Made by a program: the position numbers and the translations under genes. This document shows, piece by piece, positions 16,901 through 24,000 of a DNA stretch of 24,000 nt; the first letter of the stretch is position 1, and every line of letters starts with the position of its first letter. Source of the DNA: Thiohalospira halophila DSM 15071 (GTDB lineage Bacteria; Pseudomonadota; Gammaproteobacteria; Thiohalospirales; Thiohalospiraceae); NCBI RefSeq assembly GCF_900112605.1, contig NZ_FOMJ01000005.1:59199-83198 (forward strand). The letters are read 5' to 3'. Under the pieces are notes generated by a model. That model made no database searches and was not told the origin of the DNA. It saw only the letters and a list, made by a program, of their open reading frames with translations.

Positions 16901-17113
16901 ACCACCATCCTGGGCCTCTCGCCCATGGTGCTGGGCTGGACCATCGACTTCATCGGCCGGGATTTCTACATCGGCGCCCCCTCCACCCAGTACTGGATCC
17001 AGCTGGCCACCGCCATCAGCGGCGGCCTCCTGGTAGCCACGCCGCTGACGCTCTTCTTCACCCCGGCCATGCTGGTCTGGCTGGACCGGCGAACCACCGC
17101 ACCCGCAGACTGA
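13991..17113 (+). CDS. Efflux RND transporter permease (AcrB/AcrD/AcrF family), 1040 aa
   Basis: 12-TM RND architecture with two large periplasmic loops. Conserved segments LVDGAVVVAE and AGIVVNNNIVLIDTYN. Confidence 0.95.
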   Translation: MRALIAAAVDRGRAVLLLLGILLILGAVAYATIPKEANPEIDIPIYFVTVPYPGITSEDAERLLVRPLERELQSVEGLDEMRAWAGEGFAMLRLDFEPGWDSRQALADVREEVDQTEPELPAEAEEPRVSEVDVSLFPVLTATLSGPVSERSLLETARDLRDRLEASPGVLEVDIGGEREDVMEILVDPLVMESYRISYAELTRAIQRNNQLVTAGAVDTGAGRIAIKVPGTIEDTEAVENTALRAEDGTVVRVGDVAEVRQTYKDPDSFARIDGNPALSLEIRKRTGANILEVVGEARRIIEAARQAGPEALEVRYLQDGAKDVADFLGDLENNVITAVLLVILVIVAALGVRSSLLVAVAIPGAFLGGVLTIHLMGFTLNLVVLFSLILVVGMLVDGAVVVAELADRYVAEGRGRAAAYRDAAIRMGWPVTAAIATTLAVFFPMLFWPGMVGEFIIYLPATVIITLLFSLAMALVFVPALGSFIGPRQATNPELVRQIRAAEAGRWEELGRLTRVYTDALAAACRRPGFTLLVTATITAALYAGWAVHGKGTSFFPDVEPRFAQIQVQARGDLSVWEADDLVRRVEDRIAGTDGVKTRYARTIASQQRRLEGDYPEDTIGIIQLELSDWRTRRPASEVLAELRQHTADLPGLKIQVRKQERGPTAGKPVVVEVRGTDDEAMDAAVEQIRATMAELGGFIDVSDDRPPPGVEVELRVDREEAARHGVDIALLGQGLQTLTDGMLLGTYHPEFTDEAVDIRLRLPADARHLQQLATLNLPTEQGLVPLRNFATLEPVEATGLIKRRDARRAHTIEADVAAGELVDERTTALQTALDEAEWPEGVNYAFRGESEDMAESSRFLVRAFLFAVALMVVILVVQFNRFTQAALVLSAILFSTAGVLVGLLIRGEPFGIVMSGIGTLALAGIVVNNNIVLIDTYNVLRRDDGLEPLEAALRTGAQRARPVILTAITTILGLSPMVLGWTIDFIGRDFYIGAPSTQYWIQLATAISGGLLVATPLTLFFTPAMLVWLDRRTTAPAD

Positions 17114-17120
17114 GGCCGCC

Positions 17121-17495
17121 ATGGAATTCCTTGCCACCGCCGACCGCCCCCTCACTGCCGAGGAACTGGCGGAGCAGCTCACCGTGGAGTCGCTCCCCGA
17201 CTGGTGCGACGCCTTCGCCGCCGTCGCCGCCGAGGACGAGGATCACGGCGCCGCCGATACCCTCTGGGGCCACTTCCGGGTGGTCCGCACCCCCATCCAG
17301 GGCGGCGTCCGCTTCGCCCTTACCGACTGCCCCAATGCCCTGGCCTGGACGGTCACCGCCGGCTATCCCCCGGCGCCGGACGGGGTCGCCGTCCACGCCA
17401 CCATCGCCCGCACCGAGGCCGATACCGACCCCGACTTTGCCGAGTCCATCGAGGAATTCGTCGAGGCCTGGCAGCGCGGCCTGGGCAATCGTTGA
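17121..17495 (+). CDS. Hypothetical acidic protein (124 aa) co-oriented with the RND pump
   Basis: ATG 8 nt after the RND stop. GC3-rich codon usage matches its neighbours. No family recognised. Confidence 0.5.
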   Translation: MEFLATADRPLTAEELAEQLTVESLPDWCDAFAAVAAEDEDHGAADTLWGHFRVVRTPIQGGVRFALTDCPNALAWTVTAGYPPAPDGVAVHATIARTEADTDPDFAESIEEFVEAWQRGLGNR

Positions 17496-17513
17496 CCGAT
17501 CGCCCCCGGGTAG

Positions 17514-17542
17514 TTGCACAATCTTTGTATAACTTATAGTCT
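17514..17542 (+). promoter_or_regulatory. Candidate pyp promoter in the lower-GC 178-bp spacer
   Basis: TTGCAC (17514-17519), 17-nt spacer, TAGTCT (17537-17542). GGAGA Shine-Dalgarno at 17663-17667, before the ATG at 17674. Confidence 0.25.
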
Positions 17543-17673
17543 CCATATCAGGGTTACCGGGGAGAGATTTCGATACACTCCCGTTACAAACCCGTCACAA
17601 TCCCCGTGGAATCACTGGGAAGGCCAGGGATCCGGGGAAGCTTGTACAACCCCTGCATAATGGAGACTCCACC

Positions 17674-18051
17674 ATGGACTTCGTTCAGTTCGGCACCGAC
17701 GACATCGAGAACACCCTGTCCAGCATGAAGGAAGGCGACCTGGACAACCTCGCCTTCGGCGCCATCCAGCTCGATGCCGACGGCAAGATCCTCCAGTACA
17801 ACGCCGCCGAGGGCGATATCACCGGCCGCGACCCCAAGGCCGTGATCGGCAAGAACTTCTTCAAGGAGGTCGCCCCCTGCACCGACTCCCAGGACTTCTC
17901 CGGTCGCTTCAAGGAGGGCGTCAAGAACGGTGACCTCAACACCATGTTCGAGTACACCTTCGACTACCAGATGCAGCCGACCAAGGTGAAGGTCCACATG
18001 AAGAAGGCCCTCACCGGCGACTCCTACTGGATCCTGGTCAAGCGCGCATAG
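17674..18051 (+). CDS. pyp: Photoactive yellow protein (PYP, xanthopsin), 125 aa
   Basis: Collinear with Halorhodospira halophila PYP, with all chromophore-pocket residues at identical numbering: Tyr42, Glu46, Thr50, Arg52, Cys69 (VAPCTD) and Met100. Long identical blocks include [46 protein letters not shown] and [12 protein letters not shown]. Confidence 0.97.
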   Translation: MDFVQFGTDDIENTLSSMKEGDLDNLAFGAIQLDADGKILQYNAAEGDITGRDPKAVIGKNFFKEVAPCTDSQDFSGRFKEGVKNGDLNTMFEYTFDYQMQPTKVKVHMKKALTGDSYWILVKRA

Positions 18052-18060
18052 AACCCCTCC

Positions 18061-18085
18061 CGGCGGGGGAGCTGCCCCGCCGTTT
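18061..18085 (+). terminator. Hairpin plus short T-tract between pyp and pcl (candidate partial terminator/attenuator)
   Basis: cggcgggg (18061-18068), loop gagctg, ccccgccg (18075-18082), then ttt (18083-18085). It starts 10 nt after the pyp TAG and ends 16 nt before the pcl ATG. Confidence 0.45.
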
Positions 18086-18100
18086 GTCCGGAGAGCGAAC

Positions 18101-19282
18101 ATGAATCTCGATGCAGACACCCTCCTGCCCGCCGTCACCTCCCTGGTTCGGGACGAACTGCGGCGCCTGCGCGGCGATGCCGGAGCGGCCGTCGACGCCA
18201 CCACCTGGGACGCCTCCACCACGCTGGGCGGCGACACCATCGGCGCCGACTCCATCGAACGCCTGACCATGGCAACGGCCGTGGCGGAACGCTTCGGCCT
18301 CCACGAACTCGACGCGGGGGACTACCTCCTCCGCAAGCACAGCCTGGGTGAATGGGCCGGGCTCGCGGCCCAGGGGATCCAGCAGGCGGGGGGCATGACC
18401 TTCCGCTCCTCCGGGACCACCGGGGAGCCGAAGCCGCACCGCCACAGCCTGGCCGACCTGGAGCAGGAGGTCTTCCACCTCGCCAATCTCTTCCCCGGCA
18501 CCCGACGGGTGGTCAGTCTCGTCCCGGCCCATCACATCTACGGCTTTCTCTTCGGCGTGCTCCTGCCCCGGGAGCTGGGCTGCCCCGTCCACCACGACCA
18601 GGGCGGTGGCGGCCTGCCGCCGGCGGACCTGGACCACGGCGACCTCGTCGTCGGGTTCCCGCTGCGCTGGCGCCAGCTGGCGACCCTCTATCCGGCCTTC
18701 CCGGCGGGCGTTACCGGCGTCACCTCCACCGCGCCCTGCCCCCCGGCCCTGGCCCGGGATCTGGAGCAGCGCGGGCTGGAGCGGTTCGTCGCCATCTACG
18801 GCGCCACCGAGACCGCCGGGATCGGCTACCGCGAGGGGCCGGATGCGCCCTTCCGCCTCTTCGAGCACTGGGAGTCGGACGGCCTCTACCTCTACCGGCG
18901 CCGGCGCACCGGCCTCGGCGAGGCGGTGACGCCGCCGGACCACCTGGAGTTCCACGGCACCCGTCACTTCATCCCCGCGGGGCGGCGGGACGGCGCCGTG
19001 CAGGTCGCCGGGGTGAACGTCCATCCCGACCAGGTGGCGGAGAAGCTGCGCGCCCGGCCGGGGGTCGCCGAGGCGGCGGTCCACCTGGACCGGAGCGAGG
19101 AGCCCCGGCTGGCCGGCTGGATCGTCCCCGATCCGGACACCGATCCCGAGGAGCTGAAGGCGACGCTGCAGACCTGGATCCGCGAGCACCTCACCCCGCC
19201 GGAGCGCCCGGTGCAACTGACCCTCGCCGAGGACATCCCGCGCGGACCCCTGGGCAAGCCCGCCGTGGGTCAGCCGGCGTGA
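18101..19282 (+). CDS. pcl: p-Coumarate (4-hydroxycinnamate)-CoA ligase for PYP chromophore activation, short adenylate-forming enzyme
   Basis: AMP-binding motifs FRSSGTTGEPKP and YGATETAG, with a C-terminal GKP lysine motif. Sits immediately downstream of pyp. Confidence 0.88.
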   Translation: MNLDADTLLPAVTSLVRDELRRLRGDAGAAVDATTWDASTTLGGDTIGADSIERLTMATAVAERFGLHELDAGDYLLRKHSLGEWAGLAAQGIQQAGGMTFRSSGTTGEPKPHRHSLADLEQEVFHLANLFPGTRRVVSLVPAHHIYGFLFGVLLPRELGCPVHHDQGGGGLPPADLDHGDLVVGFPLRWRQLATLYPAFPAGVTGVTSTAPCPPALARDLEQRGLERFVAIYGATETAGIGYREGPDAPFRLFEHWESDGLYLYRRRRTGLGEAVTPPDHLEFHGTRHFIPAGRRDGAVQVAGVNVHPDQVAEKLRARPGVAEAAVHLDRSEEPRLAGWIVPDPDTDPEELKATLQTWIREHLTPPERPVQLTLAEDIPRGPLGKPAVGQPA

Positions 19283-20829
19283 GCCTCCTCCTCGACGGAC
19301 GGCGCCCGACCATCGCCGAGGTGGAGGCCGTCGCCGACGGAACCGAGGTCGCCCTGGACCCGGGCGTCCTGGAGCGGGCCACCGCCGGCCGCCTGCACCT
19401 GGAGGAGATGGTGGCCGCCCGCCGCCTCATCTACGGCGTGACCACCGGCTACGGCCCCCTGGCGGGCTGCTACGTGGACCCGGACCGGTCGGCGGAGCTC
19501 CAGCGCAACCTCATCTACCACCTGGCCAGCGGCACCGGCGACCCCCTGCCCCGGCGAACGGTGCGGGCCATCATGTTCGTCCGCCTGGCCACCCTGACCC
19601 GGGGCCACTCCGCCGTGCGGCCGGAGAGCCTCCAGTGCCTGGTGGACTGGCTCAATGCCGACCTGGTGCCGGTGGTCCCCGAGCGGGGCACGGTGGGGGC
19701 GAGCGGCGACCTGACCCCGCTGGCCCACATCGCCCTGGCGCTCATGGGTGAGGGCGAGGTGGACGACAACGGCAACCGCCGCCCCGCCGGCGAGGCCCTG
19801 GCCGTGCGCGGCTGGGAGCCCTGGGAGCCGGCCGCCAAGGACGGCCTGGCCCTGGTCAACGGCACCGCCGCCATGACCGGCATCGCCGCCCTGAACGCCG
19901 CCGGGGCGCGCCGCGCCGTGGAGCTGGCCCAGCGGCTCACCGTGGCCGCCGCCGAGGTCCACGGCGCCCGCCTGGAGGCGTGGCGACCGGAGCTGGGCGA
20001 ACTGCGTCCCCACCCCGGCCAGCAGGCCGCCCACGCCCGGCTCAACGAGCTGGCCGCCGGCAGCCAGCGGCTGGTGGCGGCGGAACCGGCCTGGCTCCCG
20101 GACGACCTCGACGGGGTGGGCGAGGCGGCGGAGGTCCCCCAGGACCCCTACACCCTGCGCTGCGCCCCGCAACTCTTCGGCGCCGTGCTGGATGCCCTGG
20201 AGTGGCACCACACCACCGTCTCCCGGGAGGTGGGGGCCGTCACCGACAACCCCGTCTTCCTGCCGGAGGCCGATGCGGTGATCCACGGCGGCAACTTCTA
20301 CGGCCAGCACATCGCCTTCGCCGCGGACACCCAGGTGAATGCGCTGGTGAAGACCGCCGTCCACGCCGAACGGACCCTGGCCCGGCTCACCGACGAGCGC
20401 CGCAACGACGGCCTGCCGCCCTTCCTCCAGGGCAACCAGACCGGGCTCAACAGCGGCTTCATGGGGGCCCAGGTAACCGCCTCCGCCCTGGTGGCGGAGC
20501 TGCGGACCCAGGCCCACCCCGCCTCAATCCAGTCGATCCCCACCAACGCCGACAACCAGGACGTGGTGACCATGGGGACCATCGCCGCGCGCAAGGCCGC
20601 CGACGTCCTCGGCATGGTGGAGGAGCTGCTGGCCATCCACGCCCTGGCCCTGGCCCAGGCGGTGGAACTGCGCGGGAAGGACGGCTTCTCGCCGGCCACA
20701 CGAGGGCTCCACGAGGCGGTCCGGGCCACAGCCGGCTTCCTCGCCGACGATCGCCCCCTGCAACCGGCCATCGCCGCCCTGACGCGGCGACTGCGCGACC
20801 CCGCCGACCCCCTGCACCACCTGCCCTGA
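19279..20829 (+). CDS. tal: Tyrosine ammonia-lyase (aromatic amino acid ammonia-lyase, MIO-dependent)
   Basis: HAL/PAL/TAL fold with the GASGDLTPLAH MIO-forming Ala-Ser-Gly triad. The selectivity position reads NLIYHLASG (His-Leu as in TAL, versus Phe-Leu in PAL and Ser-His in HAL). The GTG start overlaps the pcl stop (GTGA, 19279-19282). The 309 upstream codons of the track ORF overlap pcl and are rejected. Confidence 0.88.
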   Translation: MSLLLDGRRPTIAEVEAVADGTEVALDPGVLERATAGRLHLEEMVAARRLIYGVTTGYGPLAGCYVDPDRSAELQRNLIYHLASGTGDPLPRRTVRAIMFVRLATLTRGHSAVRPESLQCLVDWLNADLVPVVPERGTVGASGDLTPLAHIALALMGEGEVDDNGNRRPAGEALAVRGWEPWEPAAKDGLALVNGTAAMTGIAALNAAGARRAVELAQRLTVAAAEVHGARLEAWRPELGELRPHPGQQAAHARLNELAAGSQRLVAAEPAWLPDDLDGVGEAAEVPQDPYTLRCAPQLFGAVLDALEWHHTTVSREVGAVTDNPVFLPEADAVIHGGNFYGQHIAFAADTQVNALVKTAVHAERTLARLTDERRNDGLPPFLQGNQTGLNSGFMGAQVTASALVAELRTQAHPASIQSIPTNADNQDVVTMGTIAARKAADVLGMVEELLAIHALALAQAVELRGKDGFSPATRGLHEAVRATAGFLADDRPLQPAIAALTRRLRDPADPLHHLP

Positions 20830-20933
20830 CCGGTCCCCTCCTCGCGGGGCCGACTCAAGTTTCCTCCCCTACCGCCGCTATCAGCCTTGAGGCCATCTGC
20901 TCGACTTCTCCGCACCGACCGACGGTACGGGGG

Positions 20934-20942
20934 TGCTATAAT
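20934..20942 (+). promoter_or_regulatory. Candidate extended -10 promoter (TGcTATAAT)
   Basis: TG at 20934-20935 and a perfect TATAAT at 20937-20942, about 80 nt upstream of the small ORF at 21024. Confidence 0.4.
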
Positions 20943-21023
20943 CCGGGTCGGTCCAGGGAGGGCACGAGGTGAGGGAATGCCTGAGTCCACATCCGAGACT
21001 CCACATCCGAAGGGGGAGGGCCC

Positions 21024-21179
21024 ATGCTGCTTGCCGCGGCCATCATCATCGGTCTGGCGCTACTGGTACTGCTGTTCATCCATGTGGCGAGCCTGCTCGG
21101 GTGGCCGCTGCGCGAGCGCATCGTCGAGCGCCACGAGCGTCAGCGCCAGCAGTACTACAGCCGCCAGCCCTGGGAGTAG
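21024..21179 (+). CDS. Possible small membrane protein (51 aa), not in the ORF track
   Basis: ATG preceded by GGGGGAGGG. Sequence MLLAAAIIIGLALLVLLFIHVASLLGWPLRERIVERHERQRQQYYSRQPWE has one TM helix and a basic tail. It ends 2 nt before the YheU-like start. Confidence 0.35.
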   Translation: MLLAAAIIIGLALLVLLFIHVASLLGWPLRERIVERHERQRQQYYSRQPWE

Positions 21180-21181
21180 CG

Positions 21182-21418
21182 TTGCCCGTCCGCGTTCCGC
21201 CGCAGAGTCTGGAGCCGGCCACCCTGGAATCGGTGCTGGAGGAGATCGTCACCCGGGACAGTACCGATTACGGCGAGGTACCGGTCTCCGTGGAGACCGC
21301 CCGGGAGCAGCTGCGCAACCGGCTGTACAGCGGCGAGGCGGCCCTGGTCTTCGACGAGGAGAGCGCCACCCTGGACGTTGTGCCGGCCGAACACGCGCCC
21401 CGCGAACGGGATGAGTGA
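21182..21418 (+). CDS. yheU: YheU-family (UPF0270) protein, about 78 aa
   Basis: VPPQSLEPATLESVLEEIVTRDSTDYGEVPVSVETAREQLRNRLYSGEAALVFDEESATLDVVP parallels E. coli YheU (IPWQELEAETL...REGTDYGE...QL.SGEAVLVW, recalled from memory). The proposed TTG start at 21182 has GGGAG 5 nt upstream. The longer track ORF from 20969 has an Arg/Pro/Ala-rich non-protein-like N-terminus. Confidence 0.65.
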   Translation: MPVRVPPQSLEPATLESVLEEIVTRDSTDYGEVPVSVETAREQLRNRLYSGEAALVFDEESATLDVVPAEHAPRERDE

Positions 21419-21491
21419 GAACTGTGTCACGGAAATGGGAGGCTGGTTACCCCACAATGAACCTGCTTTTAGCCAACCTAGGTAGTCGCTC

Positions 21492-22346
21492 ATGGGCGCG
21501 CTCAGCACCGAAGAACTGATCCGTCAGAGCCCCCGGCTGGGCTCCCTCCCGGATATCGTGGGGGAGCTCAACGCCGCGGCCGACGATCCCCAGAGTTCGG
21601 TGACCGATCTGGCAGCCATCATCAGCCGTGATCCGGCCCTCTCCGCCCGCCTGCTGGCCATCGTCAACAGCCCCTGGTACGGCCTGCGGGGCGAGGTGGC
21701 CGACATCGAGCGCGCCGTCTCCCTGGCCGGCACCCAGCAGCTGCGCTTCCTCGCCCTCTCCACCGTCATCGTCCGGCAGTTCACCAACCTGCCCAACGCG
21801 CTGGTGACCATGGACACCTTCTGGAAGCACAGCTTCACCTGTGCCGTGGCGGCCCGCGCCCTGGCCGAGAGCAGCGGCGAACGCGACCTGGAGCGCCACT
21901 TCCTCGGCGGCCTCCTCCACGACATCGGCAGCCTGCTCATCTACACCACCCTGCCGAGCCTGGCCAAGGAGGCGATCCTCCACGCCCGCTCCCAGAACCA
22001 GCCCATCTACCAGGCCGAACAGCTCATCCTCGGCTTCGACCACGCCGAGGCCGGCGGGGCGCTGCTGCGCCACTGGGGGCTGCCGGAGAGCCTGGCCGCC
22101 GCCGTGGAGGGCCACCACGAGCTGGGCGACCCCGGCCACTTCGGCCGCGAGAAGGCGCTGGTCCACCTGGCCAACGGCATCGCCAACGCCATCCACCCGA
22201 GCAACACCCTCTTCCGCCAGCCGCTGAACTCCGACCCGGCGGCCTGGGAGCTGGCCGGCCTGGATACCGACCAGCTGGACGCCACCCTCGCCTCCATGGA
22301 CGAACGGGTGGCCAAGGCCATGGGCGTCTTCTACTTCGCCGCCTGA
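21492..22346 (+). CDS. HDOD domain-containing signalling protein
   Basis: LPDIVGELNAAADDPQSSVTDLAAIISRDPALSARLLAIVNSPWYG...GLLHDIGSLL...GFDHAEAGGALLRHWGLPESL are hallmark HDOD motifs. Confidence 0.9.
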   Translation: MGALSTEELIRQSPRLGSLPDIVGELNAAADDPQSSVTDLAAIISRDPALSARLLAIVNSPWYGLRGEVADIERAVSLAGTQQLRFLALSTVIVRQFTNLPNALVTMDTFWKHSFTCAVAARALAESSGERDLERHFLGGLLHDIGSLLIYTTLPSLAKEAILHARSQNQPIYQAEQLILGFDHAEAGGALLRHWGLPESLAAAVEGHHELGDPGHFGREKALVHLANGIANAIHPSNTLFRQPLNSDPAAWELAGLDTDQLDATLASMDERVAKAMGVFYFAA

Positions 22347-24000
22347 AGGCCTCGCCCCTTCCAGAGCCAGAAGACCGCCGGCACCACCAGGAGCGCCAGC
22401 ACCCACGCACTGAGCATGCCCCCCATCATGGGGGCGGCGATGCGGCGCATCACCTCCGAGCCGGTACCACCGCCCACCATCACCGTGGCCAGCCCCAGGA
22501 TCACCGAGACCGCCGTCATGGTGATGGGCCGGACCCGGCGCAGGGCCCCCTCCTCCAGGGCCGCCATCAGGTCACCGCGATGGGGCGTGCGGCCCTCGGC
22601 CTCCGCGGCCTCCCGGGCGGCGGCCCACGCCTGCCCCAGGTAGACCACCATGAGCACCCCCAGCTCCACGGCCACGCCGGCCACGGCGATGAAGCCGACA
22701 CCGACCCCCACGGAGAGGTTGTAGCCCAGGGCCCAGAGCAGCCAGACCCCGCCCACCAGGGCCAGCGGCAGGGTGGCGAGGATGAGCAGAACCTCACCGG
22801 CCGCGCGGAAGTTGAGGTAGAGCAGCAGGGCAATGAGCACCAGCACCAGCGGCCCGACCATCAACAGGTGGTCCCGGGCGCGCTCCATGTTCTGGTACTG
22901 CCCCGCCCAGGCCAGGGAGTAGCCCGGCGGTAGCTCGACCTCGTCGGCGACGACACCCCGGGCCCGCTCCACCCAGCCGGCCAGATCGCCGGTGGTCAGA
23001 TCCACGTGGACCCAGCCCACCGGCCGGGCCTGTTCGCTCTTGATCATCCCCGGCCCCTGGCGGATGGCGATGTCGGCCACCTCCCCCAGGGCCACCCGGC
23101 GGCCATCCCCGGCGACCACCGGCAGGCTGCGCAGGTCCTCCAGGCTGGTCCGCCGGTCGGCGGGGAAGCGCAGGTTCACCGGGTAGCGCTCCCGCCCCTC
23201 CACCGTCTCGGTCACCGTCGCCCCGCCCACGGCCAGGCGCAGGAGCTCCTGGACCTCGGCCATGTCCACGCCGTAGCGCGCCAGCGCGCGGCGGTCCACG
23301 TCCACGTCGATGTAGCGGGCCGCCGCCACCCGCTCGGCGAAGGCCGACCGGGTTCCCGGCAGGTCGGCCACGGCCCGCTCGATCTCCCGGCCGATGGCCT
23401 GAATGGTCTCCAGCTCCGGGCCGCTGACCCGGATCCCCACCGGCGTGCGCACCCCCGAGGAGAGCATGTCGATCCGGGTCTTGATGGGCATGACCCAGGC
23501 ATTGGTCAGCCCGGGCACATCCACCCGCTCGTCCAGCTCCGCCTTGAGCTTCTCCAGGGTCATGCCCTCGCGCCACTCGTCCCTGGGCTTGAGGGTGATG
23601 GTGGTCTCGATCATGGTCATGGGAGCGGGATCGGTGGCCGTCTCCGCCCGGCCGATCTTGCCGAAGGTCCGCTCCACCTCCGGGACCTGCTGGATGAGCC
23701 GGTCGGTGACCTGGAGCAGCTGCTGCGCCTTGCCGGTGGACAGCCCCGGATCGGTGGTGGGCATGTACATGAGGTCACCCTCGTCCAGCTCGGGGATGAA
23801 CTCCGTCCCCAGCTGGCTCAACGGCCACAGGGTAGCGGCCACCAGCAGGGCGGCAGCGGCCACCATGGTCTTCGGCCAGTGCAGCACCGCCCGTAGCAGG
23901 GGGCCGTAGCCCCGGCCCAGCCAGCGCGTGACCGGGTGCTCGCCCTCCCCCCGGAGCCGGCCACGCACGAACAGGGCGATGAGCACCGGCACCAGAGTGA
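22331..24000 (-). CDS. CusA/CzcA-family heavy-metal efflux RND permease, C-terminal part (N-terminus outside the window)
   Basis: FIPELDEGDLMYMPTTDPGLS, WVMPIKTRIDMLSSGVRTPVGIRVSG and FIAVAGVAVELGVLMV are typical of CusA/CzcA. The reading frame is open to the right window edge. The 3' end overlaps the convergent HDOD gene by 16 nt. Confidence 0.9.
   Translation of the reverse strand, partial: TLVPVLIALFVRGRLRGEGEHPVTRWLGRGYGPLLRAVLHWPKTMVAAAALLVAATLWPLSQLGTEFIPELDEGDLMYMPTTDPGLSTGKAQQLLQVTDRLIQQVPEVERTFGKIGRAETATDPAPMTMIETTITLKPRDEWREGMTLEKLKAELDERVDVPGLTNAWVMPIKTRIDMLSSGVRTPVGIRVSGPELETIQAIGREIERAVADLPGTRSAFAERVAAARYIDVDVDRRALARYGVDMAEVQELLRLAVGGATVTETVEGRERYPVNLRFPADRRTSLEDLRSLPVVAGDGRRVALGEVADIAIRQGPGMIKSEQARPVGWVHVDLTTGDLAGWVERARGVVADEVELPPGYSLAWAGQYQNMERARDHLLMVGPLVLVLIALLLYLNFRAAGEVLLILATLPLALVGGVWLLWALGYNLSVGVGVGFIAVAGVAVELGVLMVVYLGQAWAAAREAAEAEGRTPHRGDLMAALEEGALRRVRPITMTAVSVILGLATVMVGGGTGSEVMRRIAAPMMGGMLSAWVLALLVVPAVFWLWKGRGLQAAK

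Noticed and set aside
13286-17532. Very long ORFs overlapping the RND genes: 881 aa on the minus strand (13286..15931) and 1220 aa in another plus frame (13870..17532)
   Set aside because: Their products are Arg/Gly/Pro/Ala-rich low-complexity strings. These are typical shadow frames of high-GC coding DNA. The MFP and RND frames give clean, recognisable proteins.
18038-19216. 392-aa minus-strand ORF antisense to pcl. Similar antisense ORFs lie opposite tal (19270..20517), the HDOD gene (21447..22406), the MFP gene (12828..13841), the radical SAM gene (10710..11636) and ilvA (8268..9707)
   Set aside because: All are shadow ORFs with biased Gly/Arg/Ala/Pro/Val composition, lying opposite genes with strong family signatures.
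18352-19278. 309-codon N-terminal extension of the tal ORF (825-aa track entry)
   Set aside because: It overlaps pcl out of frame and is Pro/Arg/Gly-rich. Ammonia-lyase homology starts right at the GTG that overlaps the pcl stop.
22331-22346. 16-nt convergent overlap of the HDOD gene and CusA/CzcA gene 3' ends
   Set aside because: Short convergent overlaps are common in compact high-GC genomes. There is no further structure to suggest regulation.
1-24000. Search for an integrase, transposase, tRNA, rRNA or CRISPR array to explain the island
   Set aside because: No ORF shows tyrosine or serine recombinase or DDE motifs. I could find no tRNA-like cloverleaf or rRNA segment by eye. Mobility genes, if any, must lie outside this window.

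Overview
High-GC proteobacterial chromosomal segment. The photoactive yellow protein (PYP) cluster suggests a phototrophic or halophilic gammaproteobacterium, but that is inference only. Most of the window is ordinary: ilvA and rpiA (divergent), a DUF2905 gene, a PA0069-type radical SAM gene, a SprA-related putative metalloprotease, an MFP+RND efflux pair, a YheU-like gene, an HDOD gene and the 3' part of a CusA/CzcA pump.

Two regions stand out.

(1) The left 7.3 kb is one tightly coupled minus-strand operon: hsdR, hsdS, a 126-aa HEPN-like helical protein, a ParA/MinD-like ATPase whose Walker A reads KGGVGRS instead of KGGVGKT, and a second P-loop NTPase. That last gene runs off the window and is absent from the supplied ORF track. 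No hsdM lies in the window. I cannot assign the three trailing genes to any characterised system. They are my candidate for an undescribed defence or surveillance module attached to a type I restriction-modification (R-M) system. The operon is followed by a RelE/ParE + HTH toxin-antitoxin cassette. That cassette is bracketed by a 40-bp direct repeat duplicating the last 13 codons of ilvA, which is an integration-site signature.

(2) A complete holo-PYP operon, pyp-pcl-tal, with a hairpin between pyp and pcl.

Many long ORFs in the track are high-GC shadow frames and are rejected.
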